A DNA stretch of 55,831 nucleotides from a virus (lineage: Duplodnaviria > Caudoviricetes): IMG/VR virus record IMGVR_UViG_3300027336_000040, positions 1 to 55,831 of that record; one strand, written 5' to 3'. The position numbers were made by a program, and so were the translations under genes. The notes beneath the pieces were generated by a model. It did no database searches. It was not told the origin of the DNA and worked only from the letters and a program-made list of their open reading frames with translations. How positions within the stretch are numbered: the first letter of the stretch is position 1; the number at the start of each line of letters is the position of its first letter. Below, piece after piece: positions 51,160-55,831 of the stretch.

Positions 51160-52782
51160 ATGCCGACCGCAGTCATTAGCGCCTTCGACGGCCTTAATCC
51201 CTCAACCGACCCGGTCTTGCTCGACCAGGGTGCGGCCCAGACGGCAAACAACGTAAAGCTACTTAGCGGTGCGCTTGCGCCTCTCAACGGCACAACCGCT
51301 CTCAAGGCGCTGACCAAGTCAGCTCCCAAGACGATCTACCGGTACGGCAACTCCAGTGTCGAGACCGAGCACTGGCTCGAGTTCCTGAACCGCACAGACG
51401 TCATGCGCTCCCCTATCACCAACAACCAGTACGGGATGCTGTACTGGTCTGATGGCGTCCAGCCCAAGTACGCTCCAGGCGAACTAATCCTGTCCGGCAG
51501 CAGCTACCCAGGTGCCAGCTACAACCTGGGCATCCCTGCCCCCATTAGCAAGCCCACGGTTGGCGGCACCATCCCTAACGAGGCGGCAAAGTCCGTGACG
51601 CTCACGGCCGTCTACACCTACGTCTCGGCTTACGGCGAGGAGGGGCCGCCGTCGCCCGCCGCCAGCGTTGGAACGATTGACCCGAAGGATGACATCACCA
51701 TCTCTACGATGTCTGTCGCACCGAGCGGTCCGTACAACATCGTCACTAAGCGCATTTACCTCTCGTCGACCGTTGGCTCGAACGCTGAGTTCCAGTTCTG
51801 GAGGGAGGTCCCGGTGGCCACCGTCAGCCAGACCGGCGAATACGACCAGAGTCTGCTGGGTGAGCTGCTTCCGTCCACCGACTGGGTCGCCCCGCCCGCC
51901 GGTCTGCGAGGCCTAAAGATGATGGCCAACGGGATCGCGGTCGGCTTCGTGGAGAACACGGCGTACGCCTCCGAGCCGAACCTTCCTCACGCCTGGCCGC
52001 ACCAGTACACGTCCGACTATCCGATCGTCGGCGTCGGCACATTCGGTCAGTCTGCGGCGTTTCTGACCAACTCCTTCCCGTACATCCTGTCTGGCGTAGA
52101 CCCGGCAGCGATGAGCTTCGAGAAGCTATCCCTGCCACAGGCTTGCGTGTCTGTGGATTCGATCGTCGAGACTGGAAACGCGGTCTACTACGCATCACCG
52201 GACGGCCTAGTGGTCATCAGCTCCTCCGGCATCGACATCGTCACCAAGGGCTTGCTTACCCCTGATCAATGGCGCTCGTACAACCCATCGAGCATCAAGG
52301 CCGTCAGCCACGAGAACAGGTACTTCGCCACCTACCAGATGCTCGACGGAACGCGAGGCGTGCTGATCTTCGACTTCAGCGGCGCTGGGGCCAAGTTCAC
52401 CACCTCGAGCATTAACAGCGCTTCCGCCATCACGGCGATGCACTACGACTCCAGGGCAGACACCCTGTACCTGGCGCAAGGCACAAACATCGTCAGGTAC
52501 GACAGGGGCTCGGTGCTCAGTTACACCTGGCGATCTAAGGTCTTCCGCTTCGGCCACCCATTGAACCTGGGCTTCGGCCAGGTCGTTGCCTCGTCATACC
52601 CAGTGACAATGCGTGTGTACGCAGACGGCCAACTTAGGGTGACCAAGACCGTCACAGACAACAACCTCTTTCGCCTTCCCTCTGGCTTCAGGGCGACTGA
52701 CTGGGAGCTCGAGCTGGTTGGCAGCTCGAAGATCACGCAGACGATGCTCACCACATCGACCGCCGAAGCTAAAGTCAATTAA
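51160..52782 (+). CDS. Tail nozzle / tubular protein
   Basis: FDGLNP, YVSAYGEEGPPS, SEP..PHAWP, YASPDGL, YTWRSKVF. Confidence 0.75.
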   Translation: MPTAVISAFDGLNPSTDPVLLDQGAAQTANNVKLLSGALAPLNGTTALKALTKSAPKTIYRYGNSSVETEHWLEFLNRTDVMRSPITNNQYGMLYWSDGVQPKYAPGELILSGSSYPGASYNLGIPAPISKPTVGGTIPNEAAKSVTLTAVYTYVSAYGEEGPPSPAASVGTIDPKDDITISTMSVAPSGPYNIVTKRIYLSSTVGSNAEFQFWREVPVATVSQTGEYDQSLLGELLPSTDWVAPPAGLRGLKMMANGIAVGFVENTAYASEPNLPHAWPHQYTSDYPIVGVGTFGQSAAFLTNSFPYILSGVDPAAMSFEKLSLPQACVSVDSIVETGNAVYYASPDGLVVISSSGIDIVTKGLLTPDQWRSYNPSSIKAVSHENRYFATYQMLDGTRGVLIFDFSGAGAKFTTSSINSASAITAMHYDSRADTLYLAQGTNIVRYDRGSVLSYTWRSKVFRFGHPLNLGFGQVVASSYPVTMRVYADGQLRVTKTVTDNNLFRLPSGFRATDWELELVGSSKITQTMLTTSTAEAKVN

Positions 52783-52791
52783 GGAGCCATC

Positions 52792-53616
52792 ATGCCCAAG
52801 AGTATTCGCCGCGCCACCGTTACGCGCACCGTCACCTTTACCGCAACCATCGACGTTCCCGGCTACCCCGAGGAAACGGATGCCAACATCCTGACCCTGG
52901 CTGGCGGAGCGGCAGGCAACACTGGCACGCTGTCCATCTCTGAGCTGCTCTCGGGCTCGATTGCCGCCAACGGCGCGATCAGCCGTGGCAACTGGTCTGT
53001 CACCGGCACCAGCATCAACGTCGAGAGCTACATCTCTCGTCCGCAGAACACCGCTTTGGCTGTCGGCGCACGAGTCGCATCAGTCTCCCCTCCTGCCGGT
53101 TTCGCCGCAGCGGTCGGCAAGATGTTTGTGGTCACCGTTGCTGGCACTACAGCGAACTCGTCCACTGAGCCGAGCTGGAGCCTGACCGATGGAGCCACCA
53201 CCACCGACGGCACGGTCACCTTCCGCACGATCCCGAAGTTCCCCACGTTCGTGAACTTCGCCATCAACACCGCCTACACGGTTGGCCAGATCATCCGCCC
53301 GACGGCTACCTCGATGCGCGAGTACCTGGTCACTACCGCAGGAACCTCCGCCGCTTCGGCCCCCACCTGGACCAACGCCGATACGGCCGGTGCCACGCTG
53401 ACCAGCAACACTGCCACCCTGACCGCACTGGTAAACGTCAGCACCTACGCCCAGCTCACGACATTCGGTCTTGGCGACATCGTTAAGCCGAGCGCAGCTT
53501 CCGCCGAGGAATACCTGGTAACCGTAGCTGGCACGACCAACACGACCGCATCCTTGTCTGCCTCTGTTGGCAGCTCTGTGACCATCGGTACCGCCACCTT
53601 CAAGCGCATCGTGTAA
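52792..53616 (+). CDS. Tail-associated protein with repeated carbohydrate-binding-like modules
   Basis: Three 'AYTVGQIIRPT..EYLVTTAGT..EPSW'-type units. Confidence 0.6.
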   Translation: MPKSIRRATVTRTVTFTATIDVPGYPEETDANILTLAGGAAGNTGTLSISELLSGSIAANGAISRGNWSVTGTSINVESYISRPQNTALAVGARVASVSPPAGFAAAVGKMFVVTVAGTTANSSTEPSWSLTDGATTTDGTVTFRTIPKFPTFVNFAINTAYTVGQIIRPTATSMREYLVTTAGTSAASAPTWTNADTAGATLTSNTATLTALVNVSTYAQLTTFGLGDIVKPSAASAEEYLVTVAGTTNTTASLSASVGSSVTIGTATFKRIV

Positions 53617-53622
53617 TCGGTC

Positions 53623-55831
53623 ATGAGCGAGACACGCGTACCGGCCATCCCGGCGGTTACGTCGTCAAACCTGACCGACGTAGCAAAGGCAATCAAGCAG
53701 GTCCTGGACGTCCGAGAGGGCGTCGTTGGGGACCCGCTTGATGCCAACGTCACTTTTCGCGACCTGGCTGATGCTGGTCTGGCCGAGATTCCGCAGATCC
53801 GCACGGGTGTTCGTAGGGTTTCACCAATCGTTCCTGTTGGCGTAGGCCCGGATGGTTATGACCCGGCGGCAGATCGTATCCCTCCGCCAGCTCCAGAGAA
53901 CTTCACGGCGACCGGCGCGTTTGCCACAGTCCTTCTTCAGTGGGATGCGCCGCAGTACCGGAACCACTCGTACACCGAGATCTGGAGATCATCCAGCAAC
54001 CTGCTGAGCCAGGCTGTCCTGATCGGCACTTCAGCGACCAGGTTCTACACAGACAGCCTCGGGACATCAGCGACCGCCTATTACTGGGGTCGTCATGTGA
54101 GCCTGGCGAACGTGTCCGGGGCGTACAGCTCACTGCTTGGCACTGCCGCAACAACAGCCACTGACCCAGCCCTTGTGCTTGCGAGCCTCACGGGCCAAAT
54201 CACAGAAAGTCAGCTCTACAACGATCTCGCCCAGCGGATCGACCTGATTGACGGCCCCTCAACGCTTGCTGGTAGCGTCGCCGCCAGGCTTGCGTCTGAG
54301 GCTCAAGCTCGAGCCACCGCGATTCAGGCCGAGGCCGACGCACGCACCGAAGCCATCGACCTTGAGGCGCAGGCCAGAGCAGACGCGATTCTCGATGAGG
54401 CCAACTCAAGGACGTCCGCCATCAGCACGGCGACCGGCTCGCTTCAAACGCAGATCGACCTGCTCTCTGCGGCGAGTGCTGGCGACGTCGGCGAGCTTAT
54501 CGCTACCGTCAAGGCTGAAGAGACATCCAGGGTGACTGCCGATCAGGCTTTCGCCAGGACAAGCGAAGCGCTCTTTGCGATCAACGCAAGCAACGCCGCA
54601 GCAATCAAAACGGAATCAACTGCTCGATCTACCGCAGACTCGGCGCAAGCATCATCGTTGAGTGTGCTGTACGTGACGACTGGTGACGCCAAGGCCGCAG
54701 TGGTAGCCGAATCCAAAGTGCGAGCCGCTGGGGACACGTCGACCGCATCTCAGCTCTCCGGCCTCTCAGCCATCTCGTCAGCGAACTCCGCTGGCATCGC
54801 CCTCGAGCGGCAGGTAAGCGCCTCCCAGTCCTCCGCCATCGCCGACCAGGCATCGGCTCTAACTGCAATTGCTGGAGGCTCCAGGGCGGCATTGCAGGTT
54901 GAGCAGCAAGCCAGGTCAGATGCGGATGCTGCATCTGCATCGCAGGCCGTCTCCCTCGCTGCCGCCTTATCTGACAGCCGCTCCTCACTCCAGGTGGAGC
55001 AAAGCGTCCGGTCTACGGCAGACCTCTCCCTGTCGACCCAGGTGACAACGATTGCTGCCTCATCAGGCGGCAACACGGCAGGCCTGCAAGTTGAGCAGAT
55101 TGCCAGGGCCAGCCAGGACTCTTCGATTGCGTCGCAGGTTTCCAGCTTCTCGGCGATCTCTGGGGCCAACTCGGCCGCCATCTCGATTGAGCAGCTGGTC
55201 AGAATCGACCGCGATCTTTCGCTGGCATCCCAGGTGTCCGGCTTCACGTCCGTCCTGGGCTCCACCGTCTCTTCTTTGCAGGTCGAGCAGCAGACCAGGT
55301 CCAGCCAGGACAGCGCACTCTCTTCCCAGATCACTCGCGCCCTAGCCAAGACAGACGAGGGTGCCGCTGCCCTTCTTGCCGAGCAGGTTGCGCGAGTCAC
55401 CGCCGACCAGGCGACGGCCAGCTTCTCGAGCTCGCTGGCATCCACGTTCGGTAACTCGAACTCGGCGCTGGTGGTGGAGCAGCTCACTAGGGCAAGCGCA
55501 GACTCAGCTTCTGCTGGCCTGGTGTCGAACCTGAACACCGCCGTTGGTGCCAGCGGTTCTGCTATCAAAACCGAGGAGCTGGCCCGCTCGAGTGCCTCAA
55601 GCGCCCTCAGCTCACAGCTCCTCAACCTTTCGGCCGCAACCGGCGCAAACTCAGCCGCCATTCGTTCCGAGATTCAGGCCAGGACTGACCAGGATGTTTC
55701 CGTATCGTCTGTGCTTCAGACGATTCAGGCATCCGCCGCAGGCAATACAGCCGCAATCCAGCAGGAGATCACAACTCGCGCCACAGAGACCGGCAGCCTG
55801 TTCGCCAAGTACGGCGTAAAGGTTGATGTCG
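53623..55831 (+). CDS. Tail tip / long fibre protein, N-terminal part (3' partial; absent from ORF track)
   Basis: ATG 53623 stays open to the window end; FN3-like segment, coiled-coil repeats, ends FAKYGVKVDV (start of DUF1983-like domain). Confidence 0.85.
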   Translation, partial: MSETRVPAIPAVTSSNLTDVAKAIKQVLDVREGVVGDPLDANVTFRDLADAGLAEIPQIRTGVRRVSPIVPVGVGPDGYDPAADRIPPPAPENFTATGAFATVLLQWDAPQYRNHSYTEIWRSSSNLLSQAVLIGTSATRFYTDSLGTSATAYYWGRHVSLANVSGAYSSLLGTAATTATDPALVLASLTGQITESQLYNDLAQRIDLIDGPSTLAGSVAARLASEAQARATAIQAEADARTEAIDLEAQARADAILDEANSRTSAISTATGSLQTQIDLLSAASAGDVGELIATVKAEETSRVTADQAFARTSEALFAINASNAAAIKTESTARSTADSAQASSLSVLYVTTGDAKAAVVAESKVRAAGDTSTASQLSGLSAISSANSAGIALERQVSASQSSAIADQASALTAIAGGSRAALQVEQQARSDADAASASQAVSLAAALSDSRSSLQVEQSVRSTADLSLSTQVTTIAASSGGNTAGLQVEQIARASQDSSIASQVSSFSAISGANSAAISIEQLVRIDRDLSLASQVSGFTSVLGSTVSSLQVEQQTRSSQDSALSSQITRALAKTDEGAAALLAEQVARVTADQATASFSSSLASTFGNSNSALVVEQLTRASADSASAGLVSNLNTAVGASGSAIKTEELARSSASSALSSQLLNLSAATGANSAAIRSEIQARTDQDVSVSSVLQTIQASAAGNTAAIQQEITTRATETGSLFAKYGVKVDV
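54517..55790 (+). repeat. About 14 degenerate 96-nt (32-aa) tandem coding repeats
   Basis: Glu codon at exact 96-nt spacing: 54517, 54613, 54709, 54805, 54901, 54997, 55093 ... 55765. Confidence 0.8.

Overview
The window is an almost complete, circularly permuted ~56 kb genome of a temperate, podovirus-like tailed phage, probably infecting a betaproteobacterium (Burkholderiales-type tRNA-Asn attP). The tail-tip gene runs off the right end and resumes at position 1. Layout: tail tip, GNAT and ejection proteins including a 2914-aa LPD38 polyvalent protein (1-13.7 kb, +); attP, tyrosine integrase and a recombination/accessory operon with Xis-like HTH, Cas4-like exonuclease, SSB and ERF (13.8-19.3 kb, -); primase-helicase and a nuclease operon (19.6-24.8 kb, +); a leftward accessory 'early' region with many small ORFs and an amidoligase plus class II glutamine amidotransferase pair (25.0-33.0 kb, -); a non-coding control region with palindromes and a sigma54 consensus; six tRNAs; then terminase, portal, capsid, tail and lysis genes (34.9-55.8 kb, +). 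No CI-like repressor, DNA polymerase, reverse transcriptase or CRISPR array is recognisable. The most unusual signals are non-coding: (i) three covarying hairpins of fixed geometry (GGCT-N21-AGAC, CCAA loop) ahead of early gene blocks, (ii) a GTAAATATYGA motif about 30 nt past three early terminators, (iii) a nested, loop-E-containing structured RNA in front of the integrase, (iv) GGATACCGGTATCC palindromes next to a sigma54 site, and (v) an atypical 8/4-compatible tRNA-Ser. All family assignments were made by eye from motifs; no database searches were run.
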